Shown one piece after another: positions 49,706 through 62,164 of a stretch of DNA of 64,000 bases (position 1 is the stretch's first letter; each line of letters opens with the position of its first letter). This DNA is from Pseudomonadota bacterium (GTDB lineage: Bacteria; Pseudomonadota; Alphaproteobacteria; Rhizobiales; Rhizobiaceae), in the NCBI GenBank assembly GCA_039815825.1, contig JBCBYO010000010.1, forward strand, positions 6,886 to 70,885, written 5' to 3'. A program made the translations under genes and the position numbers. The notes below the pieces were generated by a model, which was not told the DNA's origin, did no database searches, and saw nothing but the letters and a program-made list of their open reading frames with translations.

Positions 49706-49805
49706 TTTGTGAACACTGTGTTTAGTGATAGTTTGGTGACGTTGATTGCCGCCCGGCAATAGCGCTCCATTTCAGCGGCATTGAGCAAACCTTGAGGAGG
49801 TCTCC

Positions 49806-50783
49806 ATGTCGTTTTCACTTTCCCGCCGCACGCTGTTCAAGTCCACAGCTACAGCTGGCGCGGCCTTGGCCATGCCGCAAATCATGACCCGCGCTGCGTT
49901 TGCTGACGGCCACGCCGCGGCTAAGCCTGCCGGGTTTAACCCTATCCAGCTGGGCGATCTGAAAGTCACGGTGATTTCAGACGGGTCTGCTGTGCGTGAA
50001 AATCCGCAGTCTATTTTCGGTACCAATACGACCGTCGAGGAAGTCGAGGGTCTGCTGACTGAAAACTATCTTCCCACCAACAAAATGCAGTTCACATTCG
50101 CACCGACGGTGGTCGAGGCAGGCGATAATGTGATCTTGTTCGACACGGGTATCGGGGAGGGCGGACGCGCTGGCGGCACAGGCCAGACACGTGCCAATTT
50201 GGAAGCGGCGGGTTATGCGCCTGACGCCATCACACATGTGGTTCTCACGCATATGCACCCAGACCATATAGGTGGTTTGACCGAAGGCGGCGCACCCGCA
50301 TATCCAAACGCTGTGTACGTGACGGGCGAGGCCGAGTACGGCTTCTGGTCCAATGAAGCGCGCATGGGCACAGGCGCAGAAGGCATTCACAAACAGGTTG
50401 TCGGCTTCTTCGGGGGTATCGAAGACAAGTTGACATTGATCGGCGACAAGGCCGAAATCGCACCGGGCGTCACCAGCATGGCGGCTTTTGGCCATACACC
50501 GGGTCATATGATTTACATGCTGTCTTCAGGTGACAAGTCACTGGCCATTACCGCCGATACCGCAAACCACTTTGTGCTATCGCTCCAACGTCCTGATTGG
50601 GAAGTCCGCTTTGATGCAATCAAAGATGCTGCGGCGCAAACCCGCAAAGACGTCTTTGGCATGCTGGCGGCTGACCGTATCCCGTTTGTCGGCTACCACA
50701 TGCCGTTCCCGTCGGTTGGCTATGTAGAAGCCATGGGCGAAGGCTTCCGGTGGATCCCGGAAACCTATCAGCTGGACATTTGA
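49806..50783 (+). CDS. Tat-exported MBL-fold metallo-hydrolase (lactonase-like)
   Basis: Twin-arginine signal MSFSLSRRTLFKSTATAGAALA. HMHPDHIGG motif. SD GAGGAGG. Confidence 0.8.
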   Translation: MSFSLSRRTLFKSTATAGAALAMPQIMTRAAFADGHAAAKPAGFNPIQLGDLKVTVISDGSAVRENPQSIFGTNTTVEEVEGLLTENYLPTNKMQFTFAPTVVEAGDNVILFDTGIGEGGRAGGTGQTRANLEAAGYAPDAITHVVLTHMHPDHIGGLTEGGAPAYPNAVYVTGEAEYGFWSNEARMGTGAEGIHKQVVGFFGGIEDKLTLIGDKAEIAPGVTSMAAFGHTPGHMIYMLSSGDKSLAITADTANHFVLSLQRPDWEVRFDAIKDAAAQTRKDVFGMLAADRIPFVGYHMPFPSVGYVEAMGEGFRWIPETYQLDI

Positions 50784-50790
50784 TAGGCTG

Positions 50791-51651
50791 CTATGCAGCT
50801 TTCGGTGATGTGGCTTCGGTCACATCACCACGCTCTGCAAAAATAGCGATGTCGGCAAAGTCGTAATCGCCTCGGCCATCTACCCATAGCGCTTCACCCA
50901 AAAGCTTCATGTCGCTGATCCCCAATGCCGGGAAAGAGTGCCCCATGGAGTGAGCCAGGCCAACGCGGTGTCCGGGCTTTGGGTTCAAACCGCAGCAAAC
51001 ATCGCGCGTGCCAAGTTTAAGATGGTGGGCAATGTCCCATTCAAGCGTTACGCCTTCATGCCGGGTAACAACCCAACAGTGCCCATCCTTGGCGTTTCCG
51101 CCTTTTTCTTCCGGGAAGAAGTAGCCATAGACATAACCGGCCTCAAAACCAGCTGCCCGCAAGGCGGCGATCAAATAGGCGTTGATGTCTACGCACGAAC
51201 CTTCCGCGATGCCGCAACCCAGATGAGGGATTTCATCAAAGCCTTCATAATATCGGTTTTCAGGATGACCGTAGGTGAATCGCGCAGCGGTATCGCGCGC
51301 AATGGCCTGTATGGCACCATGACCATCGACAGCCTCATCTGCAATTCTGCGCGCATCTTTCACTAGTTCATCCGCCGCCCGCGTAAAGCGGTTTGGGCGA
51401 TGCTGAAACAAGGCTTCTGGATAAGCACCGACCCGATCCGCTGCTTGGTAGTGCAGGACAACTCGCGCATCAGTAGGTGTGATCAACGCAGCGGCCTGTC
51501 CGGTGCTTGTCTCAAAGATGAGCTCTGTCGTCCCGCCTTGAACAGCAAATTCGTCCGGCATCTGGTAGGGCGTGGTCATCCCGGTCGGGACAAGCAGCCG
51601 GTTTCCGTTGGCACCAGCAGTGTCGACAGTGACAGCGATCTTGGTGAACAT
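50791..51651 (-). CDS. Transglutaminase-like cysteine peptidase superfamily protein
   Basis: GSCVDINAYLIAALRAAGFEAGYVYGYFF...DGHCWV...WD gives a Cys-His-Asp core pattern. The ATG at 51651 lies 7 nt after the permease stop. Confidence 0.65.
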   Translation of the reverse strand: MFTKIAVTVDTAGANGNRLLVPTGMTTPYQMPDEFAVQGGTTELIFETSTGQAAALITPTDARVVLHYQAADRVGAYPEALFQHRPNRFTRAADELVKDARRIADEAVDGHGAIQAIARDTAARFTYGHPENRYYEGFDEIPHLGCGIAEGSCVDINAYLIAALRAAGFEAGYVYGYFFPEEKGGNAKDGHCWVVTRHEGVTLEWDIAHHLKLGTRDVCCGLNPKPGHRVGLAHSMGHSFPALGISDMKLLGEALWVDGRGDYDFADIAIFAERGDVTEATSPKAA

Positions 51652-51658
51652 TTGTGCC

Positions 51659-52705
51659 TCACACAACAAGTTGGAATATGACGCCGGACGCGATTGCACC
51701 GGTAACGCCGAGGCCGATATAGGTGGCAAAGACCGACGGCTTGACCAGTGACCAAACCGCGGCGGCGGCCGGAATTGAGCTGACCGCACCGGCGACGATA
51801 AACGCCATCGCCGCGCCTTCGCTCATGCCTTGTTCCATCAAACCGGCCAGAAGCGGCGGTGCCACATAGGAGTTTAAGTAGGCGGGCATACCGACGACCG
51901 CTGCCGTTGCGATGGGCACGATACCTTCGCCACCAACGATAGCTGCGATCGCGCTGGCTGGTACGTAAGTTACGAGCAAAGCTTCGAGCACATAGGCCAG
52001 CGCCAGCCATTTGATCAGGAAGGCTGCATTGTCTCGCATTTCAGATCCGAACGCATCGACGCGTTGTTCTTCGCGCCAAATCGCCCAAAATGGCCGGCCG
52101 TTGAACGGGTTCGGCCCACAGCCGCAACCGCTCTTTTTCACACCACGCGACGGATTGGCAAATGCGCCAGCGCCGGTCAGGGCTTTGACGGCAAAGCCAC
52201 CCGCCAAGCCAATGCCCACGGCAGCAACCGCTTTACCAATAGCAAAGGGCCAGCCCAGCGCAGCGGCGGTGATCAGAAGGGTGGGCGGATCAATGAGCGG
52301 CGAGGCCAACCAAAAAGCCATAATCGCAGAGAGTGGCGCCCCCACGGCCAGAAGCCCGGCGATAAACGGAATGACTTCGCAAGAGCAGAAGGGGGCGAGC
52401 CCGCCAAACAGCGCTGCCAGCACAATCATCCGGTTTTCCCGACCCTCAAAGGCACGACCAACAGCCGCTTCTGCGCCCGCAGCCTTTAACCAAGCGATCA
52501 AGATGACGGCGAACGCGATGTAGGGAAGTGTATTGAGAAACGCCTTGGCGGCGAACCCAACGACCGGCTCAAACGAAGGTTGGTCGAGCAGCAGCACCAA
52601 TAATGGCGCGGCGATCACCACAATCCATGGCGTGGCAATCAGTTTGGAAAAAGGCCGCCAGAGGGGCGCAGATACTTGGGATTGGTCGATGGCGGGCGCA
52701 CTCAT
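51659..52705 (-). CDS. ArsP/YraQ-type permease (PF03773-like)
   Basis: 348 aa, polytopic. PFCSCEVIPF motif and a central loop KKSGCGCGPNP. There is a 4-nt overlap with arsR. Confidence 0.7.
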   Translation of the reverse strand: MSAPAIDQSQVSAPLWRPFSKLIATPWIVVIAAPLLVLLLDQPSFEPVVGFAAKAFLNTLPYIAFAVILIAWLKAAGAEAAVGRAFEGRENRMIVLAALFGGLAPFCSCEVIPFIAGLLAVGAPLSAIMAFWLASPLIDPPTLLITAAALGWPFAIGKAVAAVGIGLAGGFAVKALTGAGAFANPSRGVKKSGCGCGPNPFNGRPFWAIWREEQRVDAFGSEMRDNAAFLIKWLALAYVLEALLVTYVPASAIAAIVGGEGIVPIATAAVVGMPAYLNSYVAPPLLAGLMEQGMSEGAAMAFIVAGAVSSIPAAAAVWSLVKPSVFATYIGLGVTGAIASGVIFQLVV

Positions 52706-53016
52706 GCTGCATCACCTTCTTTTCGAACGGTTTCATTGATGCAGCATTCTTTCAAAAGATAGCTGCCCATGGTTTCCAGATGATCGAAATTGGCGCGGTT
52801 GACGACCGTGCGGCCATCACGGTTTTGGGTGATCAAGTCGCCGTCGGCCAGCATACGCAGATGGTGGGCGAGCGTGGAGGCTGCCATGCCGCTTGCTTCC
52901 TGAATTTGGCCGACGCTCATACCAAGCCGTCCAGCTTTGACGAGCATCAACAAAACTCCCAAACGTTGCGGCGAGCCGATGGCGGCAAACCCGAGTGATG
53001 CCTTTTCGATATCCAT
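52702..53016 (-). CDS. ArsR/SmtB-family metalloregulator
   Basis: 104 aa. wHTH (VGQIQEASGMAASTLAHHLRMLADGDLI). There is no CVC in helix 3. A vicinal Cys pair lies near the C-terminus (LLKECCINE). Confidence 0.85.
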   Translation of the reverse strand: MDIEKASLGFAAIGSPQRLGVLLMLVKAGRLGMSVGQIQEASGMAASTLAHHLRMLADGDLITQNRDGRTVVNRANFDHLETMGSYLLKECCINETVRKEGDAA

Positions 53017-53025
53017 ATCATCTCC

Positions 53026-53049
53026 ATATAACTAGAAAACTAGTTATAT
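53026..53049. promoter_or_regulatory. Candidate ArsR operator: 24-bp perfect palindrome
   Basis: ATATAACTAG-AAAA-CTAGTTATAT. It begins 10 nt upstream of the arsR start codon, in the arsR/guaB divergent region. Confidence 0.6.
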
Positions 53050-53061
53050 AGGATAAAATGA

Positions 53062-54678
<1,617 letters not shown>

Positions 54679-54687
54679 GTTGCCGGT

Positions 54688-55221
54688 GTGAGTTTACGCG
54701 AAAAGATTTTCGTCTACTTCACCGCTGCCTGGTTTGCGGTTTTGGCAGGGGTCAATGCGTTGATCTTTGAGCCGATGGCGGATGGGCAAAAAGCTCCCGA
54801 TGCACAGCCTTTAGGCTACAGCCATGATGCTGTCATGGGCTGGGCCTCATCACTCGATGCGAATGAACGTAGTGCTTTTCTACTGTGGCACACCCGCTTT
54901 CTCGATTTCGTATTCCCAATCCTCCTGATGGCAGCACTTTTTGTCTTGCTGACCGCGTCTTTGCGGCAATTCGAACGATTCCGAACACTTCCATCTTGGT
55001 TACGCGTGGCGCTGCCGGTCGTGCTTGTGGCGCCGTATGGCTTGTTCGATTTTCTCGAAAACGGCTTGGTGGCCGATATGCTACGCGGCGAGGTGCCGAT
55101 TGATCCGGTTTCGGTTGGCCTGGCCTCGTCTTACACGGTGCTGAAGTTTTCGTTTGTTGGGATCGCGTTTGCCGTTTGGTTTGGGCTTTGGATGGTTACT
55201 GGTCGCGTAAGGGCGCGTTAG
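54688..55221 (+). CDS. Hypothetical 4-TM membrane protein
   Basis: 177 aa. GTG start 9 nt after guaB. The 3' end overlaps the convergent oxyR by 26 nt. Confidence 0.5.
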   Translation: MSLREKIFVYFTAAWFAVLAGVNALIFEPMADGQKAPDAQPLGYSHDAVMGWASSLDANERSAFLLWHTRFLDFVFPILLMAALFVLLTASLRQFERFRTLPSWLRVALPVVLVAPYGLFDFLENGLVADMLRGEVPIDPVSVGLASSYTVLKFSFVGIAFAVWFGLWMVTGRVRAR

Positions 55222-56125
55222 CACGCCATAGCAATGGTATTGCGGCAGCGCGAATAGTCTCGGCCAATGCCTCGAAGTTTGTCGATCGAGCGCTGGATCC
55301 CCGATAAAAAAGTGCAATTTTGCGAGATGGTGCCGGCGCGGTAAACGGCGCAATTTCGATCGCATCTAGCTTCTGTGTCTCAGCATCAATAGCAATTGAT
55401 GGAATAAGCGTGACACCAAGTCCGTTGGCGACGAGCTGTAACAATGTGGTCATGGACGTCGCGCCCAAATTGACCAGTTGGTAGGGGCCAGCAGCTTCGC
55501 ATACCGTGAGTGCTTGATCACGTAGACAGTGCCCGTCTTCCAGCAAAAGAAGCCGGTCCATTACCAACTTGTCTGGCGCGATAGGCGAGGACAAAACGTC
55601 CGCACTATTACGCCCTGCCGCCATGTAAAAAATGTCCTCAAAAAGATCGGTCGACTTTGCATTGCGGATTTCGATGGGCTTTGCGGCAATGATGGCGGCT
55701 AGGTTTCCGTTGGTAAGTTCCTGCACCAGCCGTTCGGTTTTCGCTTCGCGCACCTTTAATTCGAGTGCCGGGAAGGCAGTCCGTAGCGCTGGCAGCAATT
55801 TTGGCAGTAGATAAGGGGCTACCGTCGGTATCATGCCGATCTCTAAAGTCCCTGAGAGCTCGTCCGCTTTCGAGGTCGCTAGTTCCTCCAAAGCTTCGAT
55901 CTGCTGGAGAATGGCGCGGGCTTTTGGCAAAAGCAGTTTGCCCGTTGGGGTCAATGTGATGCCGCCACGGTTACGCTCAACCAGGTCTGTACCGAGCTTG
56001 TCTTCCATATCCATGATTTGCGCAGAGAGTGCCGGTTGCGTGACGTTGACGCTTTCCGCCGCCCGTCGGAAGTGTTTTTCACGGGCCAGAGCATCAAAGA
56101 AAAGCAATTGCCTTACTGTAAACAT
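55196..56125 (-). CDS. oxyR: Peroxide-sensing LysR regulator OxyR
   Basis: Divergent from katG. Contains LLEDGHCLRDQALTVC, with the redox Cys pair spaced as in OxyR C199/C208. HTH FRRAAESVNVTQPALSAQI. Start taken at the ATG at 56125. Confidence 0.88.
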   Translation of the reverse strand: MFTVRQLLFFDALAREKHFRRAAESVNVTQPALSAQIMDMEDKLGTDLVERNRGGITLTPTGKLLLPKARAILQQIEALEELATSKADELSGTLEIGMIPTVAPYLLPKLLPALRTAFPALELKVREAKTERLVQELTNGNLAAIIAAKPIEIRNAKSTDLFEDIFYMAAGRNSADVLSSPIAPDKLVMDRLLLLEDGHCLRDQALTVCEAAGPYQLVNLGATSMTTLLQLVANGLGVTLIPSIAIDAETQKLDAIEIAPFTAPAPSRKIALFYRGSSARSTNFEALAETIRAAAIPLLWRANAPLRDQ

Positions 56126-56148
56126 AATAAGAAAAACTAATTGAAAAG

Positions 56149-56163
56149 ATTGGAATTTGCAAT
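56149..56163. promoter_or_regulatory. Candidate LTTR (OxyR) half-site ATTG-N7-CAAT in the oxyR-katG intergenic region
   Basis: ATTGgaatttgCAAT lies within a very AT-rich 99-bp divergent promoter region. Confidence 0.3.
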
Positions 56164-56167
56164 TTGA

Positions 56168-58402
<2,235 letters not shown>

Positions 58403-58416
58403 ATTTAGCCATTGTT

Positions 58417-58439
58417 GGCCGGGCGCAGTGCGCCCGGCC
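58417..58439. terminator. GC-rich hairpin between convergent katG and the small-paralog gene
   Basis: GGCCGGGCGC-agt-GCGCCCGGCC, a 10-bp stem. There is no clear U-tract on either strand. Confidence 0.4.
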
Positions 58440-58455
58440 GGTGTCGTCCTTACGC

Positions 58456-58839
58456 CTAGTCGTTCATTGCGATCCGGCCAAGCGGTCCGTTCCAGATAAA
58501 CGAACGGGAACTCGTCACTTTCATGGTCGAGTTATCACCAGCGCGATATTCGTTTGCGCCTTGGTCAACGTAAAAGATTTGACCACCGTTTCGTCCGGTT
58601 AAGGTCTGCAATGTGTAACCGTTGCCGGCAGCTCGAATGCGGACCCGTTGGCGTTTTCCAGAACCGTCAAAGCCTTTAAATTCGCCTGGATCCAACGCAA
58701 TGTTGCTTGGTGGCGGCGGAGGTGGCGGCTCAATGCCGCCGCCATTGCCGGGAGGCGCATCGACGGTGACACAGCCGGTCACCAAGAGGCCACAGAAGGC
58801 AACAAGAGCACCGCGTCGCGAAAGTTTTGAGTTGAACAT
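58456..58839 (-). CDS. Small lipoprotein of unknown family (paralog A)
   Basis: 127 aa. Lipobox LVTGC and a poly-Pro linker (PPPPPPPS). The 78-aa C-terminal domain matches the neighbouring gene at 60 of 78 positions. Confidence 0.7.
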   Translation of the reverse strand: MFNSKLSRRGALVAFCGLLVTGCVTVDAPPGNGGGIEPPPPPPPSNIALDPGEFKGFDGSGKRQRVRIRAAGNGYTLQTLTGRNGGQIFYVDQGANEYRAGDNSTMKVTSSRSFIWNGPLGRIAMND

Positions 58840-58868
58840 AATGTTTCCCCGCTAGTTTTCTCGTTCGA

Positions 58869-59249
58869 TCAGTCGTTCAGAGCGATGCGGCCTAGCCAGC
58901 CGTTCCAGATCGCACTGCGACGGCCAGTCACTTCCAAAGTGGTCCCATCTTGCGCGCGGTAAATGTTACCACCTTGGTGGACGTAGAAGACCTGTCCGCT
59001 GTTGCGCCCTGTCAGGGTTTGCAATGTGTACCCGTTACCTGCGGTACGAATACGGACACGCTGGCGTTTGCCGGACGTATCAAAGCCTTTGAAATCGCCT
59101 GGATCGAGACTAAATTGAGCCGCCTGTGCTTGAATCACATGTGTCTCGACAGACATTTGCGGCACCGACAGGAATGCCGAAGCCGGGGTCGCGGTGAAGA
59201 TGGTTGCCAAAGCAAGAGCAGTGGCGGCAAGAGTAGATTTTCTAGTCAT
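58869..59249 (-). CDS. Small secreted protein of unknown family (paralog B)
   Basis: 126 aa. Sec signal ...TATPASA. It carries the same C-terminal domain (DPGDFKGFDTSGKRQRVRIRTAGNGYTLQTLTGRN...WNGWLGRIALND). Confidence 0.7.
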   Translation of the reverse strand: MTRKSTLAATALALATIFTATPASAFLSVPQMSVETHVIQAQAAQFSLDPGDFKGFDTSGKRQRVRIRTAGNGYTLQTLTGRNSGQVFYVHQGGNIYRAQDGTTLEVTGRRSAIWNGWLGRIALND

Positions 59250-59362
59250 GTTAGTTTCCTCGTTAACGCCCCCCTCGGGCGATGACGGGAAGATGCCGGA
59301 AACGAAAACTCATGCACATGAGGGAAATCCCTCATTTGCCGTCGCATCAATTTCATGCAGCT

Positions 59363-60022
59363 TTAAGGCCTAAGTTCGCGTTGTGCGTCGAGTAATCCTT
59401 CACGCAATGCATAGGCCAACAATTCGGCGACCGAGTGGACGTCGAGTTTGCGCATGAGGTTCGTGCGATGATTATCGATGGTTTTGGCGCTCACACCAAG
59501 GCGCTCGCCAATTTCGCGGTTCGCGTATCCGCGCGAAACCAGCGAAAGGATTTGACGCTCACGAGGTGTCAACTCAGGGCTGTCTTCAACCGTTTCCAAA
59601 ATCGCAGTCACATCGGGCGAGATGATGCGGCCGCCGCTCAAAATAAGCGGGATGGCTTTGATCAGATGCCCCAGATCGCCATTTTTCATGAAAAGTCCGT
59701 CAACCCCCGCATTCACGAGTTCGCCCAAAAGCCCGTGCGATGTCATGCCCGTAAAAACAATGACTTTTGTTTCCGGAGACCAGCGGCGCGCTTCGACAAA
59801 AACATCGATTCCCTGTGCGTACGGCATGCCGATATCGAGCGACATGATCGTCGGTCGAAATTGTTTCACCATGCTTATCGCTTCTATCCCGGTGCCTGCT
59901 TGACCCACGATATCCACGCCTCCATGCTCGTTGAGCAAATCACACATGCCGTTTCTAAGCATGACGTGATCGTCTGCGACGATACCGGTGCGCGGGGGCA
60001 AATCAGGGTGCGCTGATGACAT
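59363..60022 (-). CDS. NarL/FixJ-family response regulator (REC plus LuxR HTH)
   Basis: 219 aa. Acidic pocket IVADDH, phospho-Asp in IMSLDIGMP, and a LuxR HTH (TPRERQILSLVSRGYANREIGERLGVSAKTIDNHR). Confidence 0.88.
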   Translation of the reverse strand: MSSAHPDLPPRTGIVADDHVMLRNGMCDLLNEHGGVDIVGQAGTGIEAISMVKQFRPTIMSLDIGMPYAQGIDVFVEARRWSPETKVIVFTGMTSHGLLGELVNAGVDGLFMKNGDLGHLIKAIPLILSGGRIISPDVTAILETVEDSPELTPRERQILSLVSRGYANREIGERLGVSAKTIDNHRTNLMRKLDVHSVAELLAYALREGLLDAQRELRP

Positions 60023-60054
60023 TTCAACTCTTCTGTGTGACCGTGCGTCAATTA

Positions 60055-62127
60055 ATGATTACCCATTTCAAATACGTAAAGCGCATTTTGCTGCTTTTAA
60101 CATTTCAAGTGACGCTTTTCGGCTCCGCTTTTGCAGCCGGGGAAATAGTGCCCCTTCAAAACGGGCGGTTAAAAGTCGACTTGGCGTCCTATGCGCTTGT
60201 TTATGCGGATCCATCGGCACAGCTCACCATTAAAGAGATAGCCGCATCCGATTTTGAAACCCGGTTAAAACCCATTGAAGGACGGTTGATTGACTTTGGC
60301 TTTAATGAGTCCCGCCTCTGGGTCGTCGCCCGGGTGCAGAATAGGACGGACGAGCCAGGCACTTGGCGCGTGTCACATGAGATCAATGTAACAGATTTGC
60401 TCAGGGTCTACCATGTGCGTACAGCGCCCGATGGTGGTCAGCTTGTCGAGAACATACTGACGTTAACAAACGACAGCATATTTGCGCAGCGACCTGTCAG
60501 CCATCGGTTGCCAGCCTCTGATATCAGCTTGGCACCCGGCGAAGTGGCGTCGATCATCATCGAGTACGAAACAGGTCAAGCAACGCAGATGCCGTTGTTT
60601 GTAGAAACGATTACGTCTTTCAACGAAAGGGTTCGCTTTGAAGATATGATCATCATAGCGCCACTCGCGTTTGCCGCTGGCATGGCGATTATCAGTACGC
60701 TCTACCTTGCTGCGTTGGGAATGCGCGCCGCTTTCCTTTATGGCACCTACATTTTGCTGGCGACGCTCCATCTTTTCCACGCCGACGGGTACAGCTTTCA
60801 ATATCTTTGGCCCAATAATCCGCAATGGAACGCCGTTGCCTTGGGGCCTGTCGGTATAAGTATCGGCTGCTTTGGAAGCTTCTTTACGTGGGCCTTTATT
60901 GAGGCACGAAAACAACATCGTTTCTTCAATGTCGCCCTGCCTGCGATTGGTGTCATGTCCGCATTGTTTGCGATTAGTTTCCCGATTTTCGTCAATGTCC
61001 CAATCTTCAAGCAGAGCGTCCTCGTCCTCGTCTTTGCCGTGAGCACATTGAACTTGTCGGCGGCAATTGCCTCCTATCGGCGTGGACATGTTGGAGCCGG
61101 CGTCTTCCTATTAGGGATGATTTTGGTAACCTCCGCAATGGTCTTGACCATTATCGGTTACGGCTTTCCTGGCCAGTTTAATCAAGACATCACGGGCCAT
61201 TTCGGCCGCGTTATGTTATTGGCTGAAGGGGTGATTTTCTCACTCGCGATTTTCGTGCGTACACTCGCGCTTCGCAGTGCCCATGACGACGCGCTGATGG
61301 AACGTATTCAACTGGGTGAAGAAAAGCTGCAATTGAGCGAAGCCTTGCGCTCGGCCGAGCAAAGCTACCAACAAGCTTCGGCGTTGGCATCGCGTGACCG
61401 CGAGATGTTTGCCTCTGCTGCCCACGATATTCGCCAACCGCTCACATCACTTCGCATGGCGTTAATGCAGTTGAGCAAAAGGGATCCGTCCACGGCCAAA
61501 CAGGTCAAGCAGAGTTTCGACTATCTCGATGACCTCGTCATCTCAAATCTCGATCGGGTGAGTGAAGAAAATGATACGATGCCGGACGTCAAAGACACTG
61601 CCATCGACATTGAAACCTTTTCATTGGCAGTAGTGCTGCAAAACGTTGAAGCAATGTTTGCCGCCGAAGCGCGCGCAAAGGGCTTGCAGTTTCGCATCAT
61701 GATATCGGAGGGCAAGGTATCAGCGTCTCCGCTCGATGTTATGCGGGTAGTAACCAACCTCGTATCGAACGCGGTTAAGTACACCGATGAGGGTGGACTT
61801 TTTGTGGGCGTCCAGTTCCACGCTGCACACGTGAGATTGTTTGTCGCTGATACCGGCATTGGAATTGATCCAAAGAAGCTCGACCAACTCATGGAACCGT
61901 TTTGCCAAGCCACCGATAGTCAGGGCTATGGCTTGGGCCTGGGTGTTGCCCAGAAGTTGAGTGAAGAAAACGGTTACGATCTCTCGATCCGATCAGCGCT
62001 CGGGCGAGGAACGATCGCGTCGATCTCGCTGCCGCGCGCGCCGGTGCCAGAAAATGTTCGACGGCAATCAAACTCGACAGATGTTGAAAACAGATCGGGC
62101 CTTCCAAATTTTGTTCCCGGTGAATAG
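60055..62127 (+). CDS. 7TMR-DISM-type sensor histidine kinase
   Basis: Signal peptide KRILLLLTFQVTLFGSAFA, an extracytoplasmic domain of about 170 aa, 7 predicted TM helices, H-box AAHDIRQPL, N-box TNLVSNAVKYT, G1 DTGIGI and G2 GYGLGLG. The ORF is open from 60016. Confidence 0.85.
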   Translation: MITHFKYVKRILLLLTFQVTLFGSAFAAGEIVPLQNGRLKVDLASYALVYADPSAQLTIKEIAASDFETRLKPIEGRLIDFGFNESRLWVVARVQNRTDEPGTWRVSHEINVTDLLRVYHVRTAPDGGQLVENILTLTNDSIFAQRPVSHRLPASDISLAPGEVASIIIEYETGQATQMPLFVETITSFNERVRFEDMIIIAPLAFAAGMAIISTLYLAALGMRAAFLYGTYILLATLHLFHADGYSFQYLWPNNPQWNAVALGPVGISIGCFGSFFTWAFIEARKQHRFFNVALPAIGVMSALFAISFPIFVNVPIFKQSVLVLVFAVSTLNLSAAIASYRRGHVGAGVFLLGMILVTSAMVLTIIGYGFPGQFNQDITGHFGRVMLLAEGVIFSLAIFVRTLALRSAHDDALMERIQLGEEKLQLSEALRSAEQSYQQASALASRDREMFASAAHDIRQPLTSLRMALMQLSKRDPSTAKQVKQSFDYLDDLVISNLDRVSEENDTMPDVKDTAIDIETFSLAVVLQNVEAMFAAEARAKGLQFRIMISEGKVSASPLDVMRVVTNLVSNAVKYTDEGGLFVGVQFHAAHVRLFVADTGIGIDPKKLDQLMEPFCQATDSQGYGLGLGVAQKLSEENGYDLSIRSALGRGTIASISLPRAPVPENVRRQSNSTDVENRSGLPNFVPGE

Positions 62128-62164
62128 ACAGCAGCGAGGAATCACACACGGGTAGACCGACATT

